The notes under the pieces are model-generated. The model was not told where the DNA came from. It ran no database searches and saw only the letters and a list, made by a program, of their open reading frames with translations. A DNA stretch of 64,000 nt from an uncultured Thermoleophilia bacterium. GTDB taxonomy: Bacteria > Actinomycetota > Thermoleophilia > UBA2241. The stretch lies in the NCBI GenBank assembly GCA_963715985.1, contig CAVQSP010000020.1:32001-96000 (forward strand), read 5' to 3'. Positions 49,991 to 63,423 of the stretch are shown in pieces. The stretch's first letter is position 1. Every line of letters starts with the position of its first letter. Made by a program: the position numbers and the translations under genes.

Positions 49991-51292
49991 CTAGATGTGA
50001 TGCTCGTCGCGACCCAGCACGACGGGCGTCGTGGCCGGCGCGGCGTCCGCGACCGTGAACGCCGGCTCCAGGACACGTGCGGCGGCGGCGCGGCGCGCCG
50101 GGTCGCGCGAGAAGACGGCAGCCATGGGCTCGCCGGCCTCGACCGCCTCGCCCACGACGCGCTGCAGCAGCACGCCGGCCGCCGGATCGACGGTGTCGTC
50201 CACGCGCTGGCGGCCGGCGCCGGCGAGCTGTGCGGCCTGGCCGACGGCGAGCGCGTCGATGGCGGCGAGGAAGCCGTCGCGCGGGGCGACGACCTCGTGC
50301 GCCGCCAGACGATGGAACTCGCCGGGCTTCCAGCGCCCGCCCTGCACGTAGCACCAGCGCTCGAAGTGCTCGGCGGCGCGGCCGCCGGCGAGCGCCTCTT
50401 CGGCGCGCCGGCGCCCCTCCGCCTCGTCCACGCCCAGATCGGACAGCGCCAGGAGCGCCCCGGCGAGCGTGAGCGTGACCTCACGCACGTCCGCGGGGCC
50501 CTCACCGCTCAGAACCTGCCACGCCTCCTCCACCTCCAGGCGGTTGCCCACGGTGCGCCCGAGGGGCGCGTCCATGGCCGTGAAGATGCACGAGGTCGGG
50601 CGGCCGTACGCCTCGCCGATCAGGCGGCACAGCCGCGCCAGCTCCCGGGCGTGGTCCAGGTCGCGGATGAAGGCGCCCTTGCCGACCTTGATGTCCAGCA
50701 CCAGCGCCGAGGTGCCGCTGGCGACCTTCTTGGCCATGATGCTCGCCGCGATAAGGCCGTCGTTCTCGATGGTGGCGGTGACGTCGCGCAGGGCGTAGAG
50801 GACGCGGTCGGCCGGCACGACGCGCTCGCTCTGGCTGCACACAGCCACGCCGATACGCTCGAGTTGCCGTACGAACTCACCCTGCGGGAGCTGCACGCGG
50901 AACCCCGGGATGGACTCGAGCTTGTCCAGGGTGCCGCCGGTGTGGCCGAGGCCGCGCCCGGACATCTTGCCGAACACCGCGCCGCAGGCCGCCACCAGCG
51001 GCGCCAGCACCAAGGTGACCTTGTCGCCCACACCGCCGCTGGAGTGCTTGTCCAACACCGGCCGGAGCAGCGTCCGCAGGTCGAGGCTCTTGCCGCTCTC
51101 GACCATGGCGCGGGCGAGGCCCAGCGTCTCAGCGTCGTCGAGTCCCCGCAGAACGATGGCCATCAGCAGGGCGCTGGCCTGGTACGACGGCACTGCGCCG
51201 CTCACGACACCGTCCACGAACGCCGTGAGGCGCTCTTCGTCAAGGGCCTTGCCGTCGCGCTTCCACGCGATGACGTCGTTCACGAAGTCCAC
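49991..51292 (-). CDS. pdp: Pyrimidine-nucleoside/thymidine phosphorylase
   Basis: DKHSSGGVGDK, KMSGRGLGHTGGTLDKLE, YALRDVT, SIMAKK. Confidence 0.94.
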   Translation of the reverse strand: MDFVNDVIAWKRDGKALDEERLTAFVDGVVSGAVPSYQASALLMAIVLRGLDDAETLGLARAMVESGKSLDLRTLLRPVLDKHSSGGVGDKVTLVLAPLVAACGAVFGKMSGRGLGHTGGTLDKLESIPGFRVQLPQGEFVRQLERIGVAVCSQSERVVPADRVLYALRDVTATIENDGLIAASIMAKKVASGTSALVLDIKVGKGAFIRDLDHARELARLCRLIGEAYGRPTSCIFTAMDAPLGRTVGNRLEVEEAWQVLSGEGPADVREVTLTLAGALLALSDLGVDEAEGRRRAEEALAGGRAAEHFERWCYVQGGRWKPGEFHRLAAHEVVAPRDGFLAAIDALAVGQAAQLAGAGRQRVDDTVDPAAGVLLQRVVGEAVEAGEPMAAVFSRDPARRAAAARVLEPAFTVADAAPATTPVVLGRDEHHI

Positions 51293-51307
51293 GGGGTCAC
51301 TCCAGCC

Positions 51308-52111
51308 TCACGCTCGGACGAGGCCGGGCCAACGCGCCGCGACGGCGGCGCCGAGCCCGGCCGAGAGTCCGCGCGCCGCACCGGCGCCGCGCGACAGCAC
51401 CTCTTCGTGAGAGCCTACCTCGGCGGCGCGGTTGGCCACCAGCGCCAGCAGGCAGCACTCGGCGCCGGCGGCGCTCGTCGCACGTACCTCGGGCGCAGCC
51501 GACATGCCCACGACGTCGCCGTAGCCGGCCAGCCACGCCACCTCGGCGCGCGTCTCGAATTGCGGGCCGGCGACGGCGACGTAGGTGCCGGTGCGCACGC
51601 CGGCGACGGTCGCCCCGCGCTCGCCGGCCGTGACCAGTGACGCAGCGACGGCCTCCGCCGCCTCGGGAGGGCACACCTCCAGCCGGGGCGGCTCTGCCTC
51701 CGCGGGCGGCGCCTGCAGGTCGACGAGGTCGCCGCACACGACGATGTCGCCCGGCTCAACATCTTGGCGCAGTGAACCCGTGGAGTTCGTGAACACGACG
51801 CAGCGCACGCCTGCCGCGGCGAGGTCGCGCACGGGGCGCTGCAGCTCGTCGTCGGACCAGCCCTCGTAGAGGTGCGGGCGGCCGCAGGCCAACGCCAGGC
51901 GCAGCCTGGCCTTGCCTGCGGCCACGCCGCTCACGAGCCGCACCACGCCGGCGTGTCCCGGCACGGCCGTGCACGGCCAGCCGAGTTCCGGGTATGCGAG
52001 CTCGTCTTCGACCCGGGCACCCGGTGGCAGCGCCTCCAGCCCAGATCCGTACACCACGGCGGCGTGAGCGCGGAAGCGGGCCAGACGCTCGTGCGCGGCG
52101 GCCGCCGTCAT
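51308..52111 (-). CDS. punA: Purine-nucleoside phosphorylase (divergent)
   Basis: GSGL, VPGHAG, GRPHLYEG, GPQFET, VGMS, SHEEV. Confidence 0.85.
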   Translation of the reverse strand: MTAAAAHERLARFRAHAAVVYGSGLEALPPGARVEDELAYPELGWPCTAVPGHAGVVRLVSGVAAGKARLRLALACGRPHLYEGWSDDELQRPVRDLAAAGVRCVVFTNSTGSLRQDVEPGDIVVCGDLVDLQAPPAEAEPPRLEVCPPEAAEAVAASLVTAGERGATVAGVRTGTYVAVAGPQFETRAEVAWLAGYGDVVGMSAAPEVRATSAAGAECCLLALVANRAAEVGSHEEVLSRGAGAARGLSAGLGAAVAARWPGLVRA

Positions 52112-53244
52112 CTGCCCATCGAACGGCCGGGGAGCGGCGGCTCCTCGCCCGTGAGCAACGCGAACGCAGTGGCGCCGACGTCCTCCTGCGATCCGTCCCA
52201 GCGGCCCGGCGCCAAGCCGACGCCCATCAGCGGCGAGTACTCGCGCGAGTGGTCGGTGCTCGCCGTGGTCGGGTCGACGCCGTGGTCCGCGCAGAGGATC
52301 ATGGCGTCGCCGGGGCGCAGCAACGTCAGCCACTCCCCCACGCCCCGGTCCACCGCCGCAAGCCCGTCGGCGAAGCCCTGTACGTCGTTGCGGTGGCCCC
52401 ACACCTGGTCGAAGTCGACCAGGTTGGCGAACAGGAGCCCGCGCCGCATCTCGCCGAGGTGCCGCGTGCAGGCGGCGATGCCCGCCGTGTTGTCCGTGGT
52501 GTGGTCGTCCACGTCCACGCCCCGCTGCACGAAGATCTCGCCGATCTTGCCCACGCCCACCACGGGCACGCCGCGTTCGTGCAGCAGGTCCAGGTACGTC
52601 GGCCCCGGAGGCTCCAGGGAGAAGTCACGGCGTCGCGGCGTCCTCGCATACTGTCCGGACGTGCCGTCGAAGGGGCGCGCGATGACCCTGCCCACGGCGT
52701 GCGGGCCGTGGAGTATGCCGCGCGCGATCTCGCACCAGTCGTACAGCTGCGACACGGGGACCACGTCCTCGTGGCAGGCGATCTGGAAGACGGAGTCGGC
52801 CGACGTGTACACGATGGGCCGGCCGGTGGCGACGTGCTCGTCGCCGAGCTCGTCGATGATGCCGGTGCCGGAGGCCGGACGGTTGCACAGCACATCCCGG
52901 CCGATGGCCGCCGTGAACGGTCCCATGACCTCGGGCGGAAAGCCTTGGGGGTAGGTCGGGAAGGGCCGCTCGAGGACCACGCCCATCATCTCCCAATGCC
53001 CGGTGGTGGTGTCCTTGCCGGCGCCGTGCTCGGCGAGGCGGCCGAAGGTCGCCTCAGACCGCGGCGCCCCAAGCGGCAGCCCGACGACCTCGCCGAGACC
53101 GAGCGCGGTGAGATTCGGCAGCTCGACGTCGGTCCGCTCGAGCACGTGGCGCAGCGTGCTGGACCCCACGTCGCCATAGGCGGCGGCGTCCGGCAGCTCA
53201 CCCGCGCCGCAGCCGTCGAGCACGCACACGAACACGCGCGTCAT
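52108..53244 (-). CDS. deoB: Phosphopentomutase
   Basis: GKDTTTGHWE, VYTSADSVFQ, RVIARPF, NLVDFDQVWGHRND, ADHG.DP. Confidence 0.96.
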   Translation of the reverse strand: MTRVFVCVLDGCGAGELPDAAAYGDVGSSTLRHVLERTDVELPNLTALGLGEVVGLPLGAPRSEATFGRLAEHGAGKDTTTGHWEMMGVVLERPFPTYPQGFPPEVMGPFTAAIGRDVLCNRPASGTGIIDELGDEHVATGRPIVYTSADSVFQIACHEDVVPVSQLYDWCEIARGILHGPHAVGRVIARPFDGTSGQYARTPRRRDFSLEPPGPTYLDLLHERGVPVVGVGKIGEIFVQRGVDVDDHTTDNTAGIAACTRHLGEMRRGLLFANLVDFDQVWGHRNDVQGFADGLAAVDRGVGEWLTLLRPGDAMILCADHGVDPTTASTDHSREYSPLMGVGLAPGRWDGSQEDVGATAFALLTGEEPPLPGRSMGR

Positions 53245-54251
53245 CCGCGTCCCTCCCCTTCGTCGTCCGGACCGGCGTTGCCCGGCCCGGTCCCGCCATC
53301 CGCGTCGTCCGGCGCCGCGGCGCCCGCCTGACGGCGGCGCCGCGCCCGCGGGTGCGTCTCGAGGTACACCTCCCGCAGGTGCTCCACGGTGACGTGAGTG
53401 TACAGCTGCGTGGTGGCCACGTTGGCGTGCCCCAGCATCTCCTGCACGCTGCGCAGATCGGCGCCGGCCGCGAGCAGATGCGTGGCGAAGGAGTGGCGGA
53501 AGGTGTGCGCGCTGGCCTTGCCGAGCATGTCGGCACGCTCCAGCACCTTGCGCAGGATGTAGTCGAGCCCCTGCCGCGTGAGCGGGGCGCCGCGAACGTT
53601 GAGGACGAGCTCGGGACGGCGGCGGCCGCGCAGCAGCTGCCGGCGGCCGTCGCGCATGTACCTGGCTAGCGCCGCAGCAGCCGCCGTGCCCATCGGCACG
53701 ACACGCTCCTTGTCGCCCTTACCCACGCAGCGCACGAGCCCGGCTTCGAGGTCGACATCGCCCTCGCGCAGGCCCAGGAGCTCACTCGCGCGCAGGCCGC
53801 AGCCGTAGAGCAGTTCGAGTGCCGCCATGTCCCGCTGCCCCAGTGGGCCGGCCGGCACGATGGCGGCCAGCACCTCGCCGACCTCCTCCACGGAGAGGAC
53901 GCGCGGCAGGTCCTGCGGCCGCCGCGGCGTGCGCAGCGCCGCCGCGGGGTCGTCCTCGCGCACGCCTTCGCGGTTGAGGAAGCCGTAGAACGAGCGCAGT
54001 GTGGCGGTGCGGCGCGCCACGCTGGCCGTGGCGCCGTCCCCGCCGGACCCGGCGAAGTACGCATGCACGTGGGCGGCCGTGGCCGTGGACGGAGCCGCCC
54101 CGTGAGTCGCCATGAACTCCTCGAAGCGGCGCAGGTCGCGGCCGTACGCGGCCACTGTGTTCATGCTCATGCCGCGCTCGTAGCGCACGTAGTCGAGGAA
54201 GTCCTGGACGAGAGGGTCCGGGTGCCGCCCGGACGCGCCGGACGCTGCCAC
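53241..54251 (-). CDS. xerD: Tyrosine recombinase XerD
   Basis: NTVAAYGRDL, LLYGCGLRASE, GKGDKER, HTFRHSFATH, LGHANVATTQLY. Confidence 0.92.
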   Translation of the reverse strand: MAASGASGRHPDPLVQDFLDYVRYERGMSMNTVAAYGRDLRRFEEFMATHGAAPSTATAAHVHAYFAGSGGDGATASVARRTATLRSFYGFLNREGVREDDPAAALRTPRRPQDLPRVLSVEEVGEVLAAIVPAGPLGQRDMAALELLYGCGLRASELLGLREGDVDLEAGLVRCVGKGDKERVVPMGTAAAAALARYMRDGRRQLLRGRRRPELVLNVRGAPLTRQGLDYILRKVLERADMLGKASAHTFRHSFATHLLAAGADLRSVQEMLGHANVATTQLYTHVTVEHLREVYLETHPRARRRRQAGAAAPDDADGGTGPGNAGPDDEGEGRG

Positions 54252-54257
54252 AGGCGC

Positions 54258-57031
<2,774 letters not shown>

Positions 57032-57221
57032 TCAGCCCCTGCCGCCCGTGTGCCCCAGACGACACAAGCCGGCCGGGCGCGCATCCGCGGCGGAGCGCGC
57101 ACGTGCCGAGGCCCTGTCACTGCGGTCTGGCGAGGGATTTTGTGGGGCCGGGGTCGCGCCCGTACTCAGATGACGGGCCGGCGCGATGGTATCTCCGGCG
57201 AGCCCACGGATCACGGGCGCA

Positions 57222-57249
57222 AGTATACCATCGCGCCGGGGACCCGCAA
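57222..57249 (-). promoter_or_regulatory. pyrG promoter
   Basis: TTGCGG-16 bp-TATACT with TGn extension, about 200 nt upstream of the start. Confidence 0.6.
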
Positions 57250-57268
57250 GGACGCGACGGCGGGCCAC

Positions 57269-58918
57269 TCAGGCCGGCCGGCCGGCCCTGGCCAGCATGC
57301 CCTCCGCGTGGCTGCGGGCGGCGGAGTCGTCCGGCCGTGCGCCGAGCATGCGGCACAGCTCGGCGAGGCGCTCCTCCCCCTCCACGCGGCGCACCACCGT
57401 GACCGTGCTGCCGGCGGCCACGTCGCTCTGCTTCACGATCGCGAACTGGCGTTCCGCGAACGCGGCCACCTGCGGCAGGTGCGTGATGCACACCACCTGG
57501 CGGCCCTCTGCGAGACGCGCCAGCCGCTCGCCCAGCGCCGACGCGGTGACGCCGCCGATGCCGGCGTCGACCTCGTCGAAGATCAGCGTCTCCACGTCGT
57601 CGCCGAGCGTGACGATGCCACGGATGGCCAGCATGGCGCGCGAGAGCTCGCCGCCCGAGGCGGTCTCGCGCAGCGGGCGCGGCGGCACACCGGGATTGGC
57701 GCCGAAGAGGAACTCCACGTCGTCGGCGCCGCGCGGGCCCAGCGCATCCCAGCCCTCGCCGCGCGGACTCACCACGATACTGAAGCTGGCGTGCGGCATC
57801 GCGAGGCCGCGCAGCTCCTCCTGCACTCTCGCGGCCACGCGCGGAGCGGCGGCACGGCGCGCGGCGCTGAGGCGGGCCGCGGCCGCAAGAGCCCCGTCCT
57901 GCGCCGCCTCCACGCGGGCCGTGAGCGACGCCTCATCCGCTTCGAACTCCTCCAGCCGCTCCAGCCGTGCGCGCGCCGTGGCGGCGTAGGCGAGCACTTC
58001 GTCCGCGGAGCCACCGTACTTGCGCATGAGGCCCTTGAGCCTGTCGTACCGCAGCTCGAGCGCGTCCCGGTGTGCGGGGTCCACGTCGAGGTCGTCGAGA
58101 TAGGCGCGCAGCAAGGCCGCAAGGTCGTCGAGCTCGGCGGCGAGGCCGTCGAGGCGCTGCGCCGCGGAGTCCAGGGCCTCGTCCAGCGCCGCCGCCTCGG
58201 CCACGAGGCGCTGGGCCACGCGCACGGCGTCCAGGGCCGCGGCCTCGCTCTCGCCGGCCAGCAGGCCGAGCGCGCCGCCGGCGCGCTCCAGCAGCTTGCC
58301 GGCGTGCCGCAGCCGCTCGCGCTCCGCCGCGAGCCTGACGTCCTCGCCCTCCTGTACCTCCGCCGCCTCGATCTCCGCGGTCTGGTAGCGCAACATCTCG
58401 ATCTCGCGCTCCCGCTCGCGGCCGGCGCCGCGCAGCTCGTGCAGCTCGCGCGAGAGCACGCGCGCGCCCTCGTAGGCGGCGGCGTAGCGCTCGAGCAGCG
58501 GCGCCGTCTCGTCGGCGGCGCCGTCGAGCAGATCGAGCTGGCGCTCCAGCTGGAGCAGGCGCGTATGCTCGAGCTGCCCGTAGAAGGCGAGCCGCGAACG
58601 CAGCGCCTCTTCCACGGCGGCGGCCGAGCTGTACAGGCCGTCCAGGTGGGAGCGCGAACGTCCGCCGCGCGGCAGTTCCCTCGCCACCGCCAGTGTCTCG
58701 CCGTCCCCGCTCTCGAAGAGCGCCTGGACGAGCGCCCTGGCGGCCCCCGGCCGGATGAGCTCGTCGCCACCCTTCTGGCCCAGCAGCAGACCGATGGCCT
58801 GGGCCAGCAGGCTCTTGCCGGCGCCCGTCTCGCCGGTGATGACGTTGAGGCCCGGCGAGAACTCCAGGCGCGCCTCGGCGATGAGCACGAGGTCGTCGAT
58901 GGAGAGCTCAGCGAGCAT
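57269..58918 (-). CDS. recN: DNA repair protein RecN
   Basis: TGETGAGKS, ASGGELSR, FDEVDAGIGG, ITHLPQVAA. Confidence 0.96.
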   Translation of the reverse strand: MLAELSIDDLVLIAEARLEFSPGLNVITGETGAGKSLLAQAIGLLLGQKGGDELIRPGAARALVQALFESGDGETLAVARELPRGGRSRSHLDGLYSSAAAVEEALRSRLAFYGQLEHTRLLQLERQLDLLDGAADETAPLLERYAAAYEGARVLSRELHELRGAGREREREIEMLRYQTAEIEAAEVQEGEDVRLAAERERLRHAGKLLERAGGALGLLAGESEAAALDAVRVAQRLVAEAAALDEALDSAAQRLDGLAAELDDLAALLRAYLDDLDVDPAHRDALELRYDRLKGLMRKYGGSADEVLAYAATARARLERLEEFEADEASLTARVEAAQDGALAAAARLSAARRAAAPRVAARVQEELRGLAMPHASFSIVVSPRGEGWDALGPRGADDVEFLFGANPGVPPRPLRETASGGELSRAMLAIRGIVTLGDDVETLIFDEVDAGIGGVTASALGERLARLAEGRQVVCITHLPQVAAFAERQFAIVKQSDVAAGSTVTVVRRVEGEERLAELCRMLGARPDDSAARSHAEGMLARAGRPA

Positions 58919-59777
58919 CGCGGCGATCGAAGAGCTTTTCCTCGACGTTCTGATAGAAGGAGCCCTCGCCGCTCACCATGAGGCGGGCACGCTTGGGCCC
59001 CGCCGCGATGCGCACCTCGTCGCCGCAGCAGAGGCGGCCGCGGGAGTCGCCGTCCACCACGATCTCGGCCTCCTGCATGGGCGAGACGTTGCGCGCGCTG
59101 ATGACGTGGTCCGGACGCAGGATGACGGGGCGGAACCCGAGGGAGTGCGGGGCGATGAAGTTGAGCACCAGTACGCCCGCGTCCCACTCGACGATGGGCC
59201 CGCCGCAGGAGAGGTTGTAGGCGGTGGACCCGGTCGGCGACGCGATGATGAGACCGTCGCAGAACATGCGGCCCACGGTGACCCCGGCGACCTCGTATTC
59301 GAGCTGCAGCACGTGACGCGGCGCCACGCGGCTGAGGATGACGTCGTTGACCGCAGTGAGGCTGTGCCCGTTGACCTGCACGTCCACCGTGAGCAGCTGG
59401 ATGATGCGATGCTCTCCGGCCAGCATGCCGGCGAGACCGTCGGCCCACTCTTCACGGGCGAGCGCCGCGAGAAAGCCCACGTTGCCGAAGTTGACGCCGA
59501 GAACTGGAGCGCTGCCGTCGAGGAGCCGGCCGAGCGCACGGAGGATCGTGCCGTCTCCGCCGAAAACGAGGCAAAGGTCGGCGTCGCGGACCTCGTCTTC
59601 GCCGACCACGGCGTAGCCCTGCCGGGCCGTCGCGTCGTGCCGCGCGGCCTCGTCCGGCGGCATGAGCAGCTCGACACCGAGCTCGTGCCGGGCCGCGGCC
59701 AGCTGCGCCAGCGCGGCCTCGGTCTCGGTCTTGCCGAGGCCGGTGAGCACGGCGATGCGACGCAGCCGCTCAGGCAT
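58908..59777 (-). CDS. nadK: NAD kinase
   Basis: GGDGT, GNVGFL, ND, DGLIIASPTGSTAYNLSCGG. Confidence 0.95.
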   Translation of the reverse strand: MPERLRRIAVLTGLGKTETEAALAQLAAARHELGVELLMPPDEAARHDATARQGYAVVGEDEVRDADLCLVFGGDGTILRALGRLLDGSAPVLGVNFGNVGFLAALAREEWADGLAGMLAGEHRIIQLLTVDVQVNGHSLTAVNDVILSRVAPRHVLQLEYEVAGVTVGRMFCDGLIIASPTGSTAYNLSCGGPIVEWDAGVLVLNFIAPHSLGFRPVILRPDHVISARNVSPMQEAEIVVDGDSRGRLCCGDEVRIAAGPKRARLMVSGEGSFYQNVEEKLFDRRDAR

Positions 59778-60570
59778 GAGCGTCGGCGACGGCCCGCGCC
59801 GCCGCGAGAGAAGGCTCGACGGGAGTCGCCGGCAGAGGCGTGCGCCCGTCGCAGAAGTAGACGAAGTACTCCACGTTGCCCTTTGGTCCGGGGTGGCCCG
59901 AGTCGCAGACGCCCAGCACCGCGGCGCCCCGTTCCAGCAGCCACGCGCAAACTGCCTCGAGGACGCTCACCTGGACCTCCGGGTCGCGCACCACGCCACC
60001 CTTGCCCACACGGTCACGGCCGGCCTCGAACTGCGGTTTGACGAGGACGAGGCCCCGGTAGCCGTCGCGCAGCGATTCTAGCACGGGCCCCAGAGCCACC
60101 GTCAGGGAGATGAACGAGAGGTCGGCGGTGACAAACGACGGCGCGAACGGGAGACGTTGCGCGGTCAGGTGACGGGCGTTGGTGCGCTCGAGCACGGTGA
60201 CCCGCGGGTCCTCGCGCAGGCGCCAGTCGAGCTGGCCGTAGCCCACGTCCACGGCCACGACGCGTGCGGCGCCTCCCTGCAGCAGGCGGTCGACGAACCC
60301 GCCGGTGGAGCTGCCGAGATCGATGACGTCCTCGTCGGCTACTGCCACGCCGAAGACGTCGAGGGCGTGGTCGAGCTTGTCGCCGCCGCGCGAGACGAAG
60401 CGCGGGCGCACGGCCACACGAACGGGGGCCTCCGCGTCGACCATGATTCCAGGCTTGTCGGCGAGCCGGTCGCCCACGTGGATCTCGCCCGCGAGGATGG
60501 CCGTGCGCGCCTGGGCGCGCGTGGCGAAGAACCCCCGGGAGACGAGCAGCGCATCGAGCCGCTCGCGCAC
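59770..60570 (-). CDS. tlyA: TlyA-family rRNA 2'-O-methyltransferase
   Basis: VSRGGDKL, DLGSSTGGF, DVGYGQL, DLSFISL, KPQFE, GNVEY. Confidence 0.95.
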   Translation of the reverse strand: MRERLDALLVSRGFFATRAQARTAILAGEIHVGDRLADKPGIMVDAEAPVRVAVRPRFVSRGGDKLDHALDVFGVAVADEDVIDLGSSTGGFVDRLLQGGAARVVAVDVGYGQLDWRLREDPRVTVLERTNARHLTAQRLPFAPSFVTADLSFISLTVALGPVLESLRDGYRGLVLVKPQFEAGRDRVGKGGVVRDPEVQVSVLEAVCAWLLERGAAVLGVCDSGHPGPKGNVEYFVYFCDGRTPLPATPVEPSLAAARAVADAHA

Positions 60571-60577
60571 GGCTCTC

Positions 60578-62453
60578 CTACTTGACGCGGGCCAGCGACG
60601 CGGGGCGCACGGCAGCCGCCAGCGCCACGGCCTGCGGCGTAAGCCCGATGTCCTGCAGCAGGCGCGCACGGTCGCCGTGCGGCACGAAGGCGTCGGGCAA
60701 GCCAAAGCGCACGACTGGGACCAGAGCACCGACCTTCTCGAGCACGGCGCTTCCGAACCCGCCGGCGAGGGCGTTCTCCTCCACCGTGACGAGGCGCTTA
60801 TGCGTGCCGGCCAGCTCCAGGAGAAGGGCCTCGTCCAGCGGCTTCACGAAGCGCGCGTCGACTACGGTGGGCCGCTCGCCCTGGGCCTCGAGGAGCGCCG
60901 CCGCCTCCTCGGCGATGCCCACCCCCGTGCCGATGCCGATGAGCGCCACGTCCCGGCCCTCCTGCACGACGACGCCCTTGCCGACCGGCAGCGCCTCGAT
61001 CGCGCGTGGCTGCACGAACGGCGCCGCGAGGCCGCGCGGGTAGCGGATGGCGGCGGGGCCGTCGAGCTCCAGAGCCGTGCGCAGCATCCGCTGCAGCTCC
61101 TCCTGGCTTGACGGAGCCATCACCGTGAGGTTGGGGATGACCCGCAGGTAGCTGAGGTCGAAGGCCCCGTGGTGCGTGGGGCCGTCGTCGCCCACGAGCC
61201 CGGCGCGGTCCACCGCGAAGACGACGGGCAGCTGCTGCAGGCCGATGTCCTGCACGAGCATGTCGTAGGCGCGCTGCAGGAACGTGGAGTACACGGCGAC
61301 CACGGGTCGCATGCCGCCGATCGCGAGGCCTGCGGCGAACACCGCGGCGTGCTCCTCGGCGATGCCGACGTCGTAGAAGCGGTCGGGGAAGCGACGCTCG
61401 AACTCCTCCAGGCCGGTGCCCTGGGTCATGGAGGCCGTGATGGCCACCACGCGCGGATCACTCTCGGCCAGTCGTACCGAGGGCCTGCCCGAACGCCTGG
61501 GTGTACGTGGTCCCTACCGCGGGCACCTTGCGTGCCCCGTCGCCGATGTGGAACGGCGCCGTACCGTGGTACGCGTCCGGCTGCTTCTCGGCAGGCTTGT
61601 ATCCCTTGCCCTTGATGGTGCGCACGTGCACCACCACGGGGCGGCGGGTCTCGATGGCCTGGCGGATGCTCTCCCGCAGCGCGTGCAGGTCGTGACCGTC
61701 CACCACGCCGATGTAGGCGAAGCCGAGCTCCTCGAACAGCATGCCCGGCACCAAGAACGCCTTCATGGACTCTTTGACGTCCTTGCCGAGGCGGTACGCC
61801 TGCGGGCCGATGGCGGGGATGCGGGCCACGCCGCGCTCGAGGTCCTCGCGCAACCTGGTCAGCGTGGGATCGAGACGGATGCGGTTCAGGTAGAGCTGCA
61901 TCGCGCCGACGTTGGCGCGGATGGACATCTCGTTGTCGTTCAGCACCACGACCAGCGGCGTGCGCAGGTGGCCAGCCTGATTGAGGGCCTCGAAGGCGAC
62001 GCCCCCGGTGAGGGCGCCGTCGCCCAGCACGCATACGACGCTGCCGCCGGCGCGCGCCAGCCGCGCGGCCTCCACGAGGCCGAGCCCATAGCTGATGGAG
62101 GTGGAGGCGTGGCCGGTGCCGATGACGTCGTGCTCGGACTCGGCACGACTCGGGAACCCGGAGAGACCGCCGTACTGGCGGATGGTGCCGAACCGGTCGC
62201 GGCGCCCGGTGAGCAGCTTGTGCGCGTAGCATTGGTGGCCGACGTCCCAGACGATCTTGTCGCGGGGGCTCTCGAGCACGCTGTGCAGGGCGACCGTGAG
62301 CTCGACGGTGCCGAGACTGGGAGCGAGGTGGCCGCCGACCTCGCTCATGCAGGCGAGGATGGTCTCACGGATCTCCGCCGAGAGAAGCTTGAGCTCGCGC
62401 TCGGAGAACTGCTGGAGATCGGCGGGATCTGAGATCCGTTCAAGGTACGCCAT
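60578..62453 (-). CDS. dxs: 1-deoxy-D-xylulose-5-phosphate synthase (frameshift near 61470)
   Basis: GGHLAPSLG, WDVGHQ, GDGALTGG, LNDNEMSI, DVGIAEEHA, DRAGLVGDDG. Confidence 0.96.
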
Positions 62454-62526
62454 CGTCACCGGAGTATAGCACCGGCCTTCTTGCGGCAGCCTTACGACGG
62501 CGTGCCCGCGCCGCCGGACGGCCCGG

Positions 62527-63423
62527 TCAGCGGCGGCGACGGCGGATGTAGCCGGTGATGGCCGCCAGATCGGCGGGGTCGCCGGGCAGCGCCGCGAGCC
62601 GCTCCATGGCCCTCGCACTGGCCTCGTCGGCCAGCGTGCGCGCGGCGTCCAGGCCGAACCGCGAGACGTACGTGGTCTTCTCCTGGGCGCGGTCCTTGCC
62701 CACGCTCTTGCCGAGCTCGGCTTCTTCCCCGGCCTCGTCGAGGATGTCGTCGACGATCTGGAACAGGAGGCCGACCTCGGCGGCGAAGGCCCGGTACGGC
62801 GCCGCGTCCTCCGCGCCGCTCAGCACCGCCCCGCACACCACTGCGGCTTCGATGAGCCTGCCGGTCTTGAGCTCGTGCAGGGTGCGCAGGTCGTCGTCGC
62901 TCGCGGCCAGGCCCACCACGTCCATGTACTGGCCGCCGACCATGCCCTGCACGCCGGTGGCGCCGGCGATCTCGGTGACGGCGGCGAGCAAGGCCGCGGG
63001 CTCGCCCTTCTGGCGCGAGAGCAAGACGTGGAACGCCTCCGCGAAGAGCCCGTCCCCGGCGAGGATCGCGATGTCCTCGCCGAAGGCCACGTGGCACGTG
63101 GGCCGCCCGCGGCGCAGGGTGTCGTCGTCGATGGCCGGGAGGTCGTCGTGGATGAGCGAGTAGGTGTGCACGAGCTCCAGCGCTGCCGCGGCCGGCAACA
63201 CGCGGGCCGGGTCGGCGCCGCGGCTGCGTGCCGTGGCCAGCGTCAGGACCGGCCGGATCCGCTTGCCGCCGGCGAGCAGCGAGTATCTCATCGCCTCCAC
63301 GAGCCGCGCGGCGCGCAGGTCGGCGCCGAAGTCGAGCTCGTCGAGGTAGCGCTCGACGAGCGCGAGAAGCTCCAGCGGATAGCCGTCGTCCGACGGTGTC
63401 CCGGCCACGCGGCTGTCCGTCAC
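62527..63423 (-). CDS. ispA: Polyprenyl (farnesyl/geranylgeranyl) diphosphate synthase
   Basis: GGKRIRP, SLIHDDLP..DDD..RRG, FQIVDDILD. Confidence 0.94.
   Translation of the reverse strand: MTDSRVAGTPSDDGYPLELLALVERYLDELDFGADLRAARLVEAMRYSLLAGGKRIRPVLTLATARSRGADPARVLPAAAALELVHTYSLIHDDLPAIDDDTLRRGRPTCHVAFGEDIAILAGDGLFAEAFHVLLSRQKGEPAALLAAVTEIAGATGVQGMVGGQYMDVVGLAASDDDLRTLHELKTGRLIEAAVVCGAVLSGAEDAAPYRAFAAEVGLLFQIVDDILDEAGEEAELGKSVGKDRAQEKTTYVSRFGLDAARTLADEASARAMERLAALPGDPADLAAITGYIRRRRR

Noticed and set aside
28022-54251. Two tyrosine recombinases as integrases of a prophage or island
   Set aside because: They sit in the standard xerC (dprA) and xerD (deoB) contexts among housekeeping genes; no att sites or phage genes
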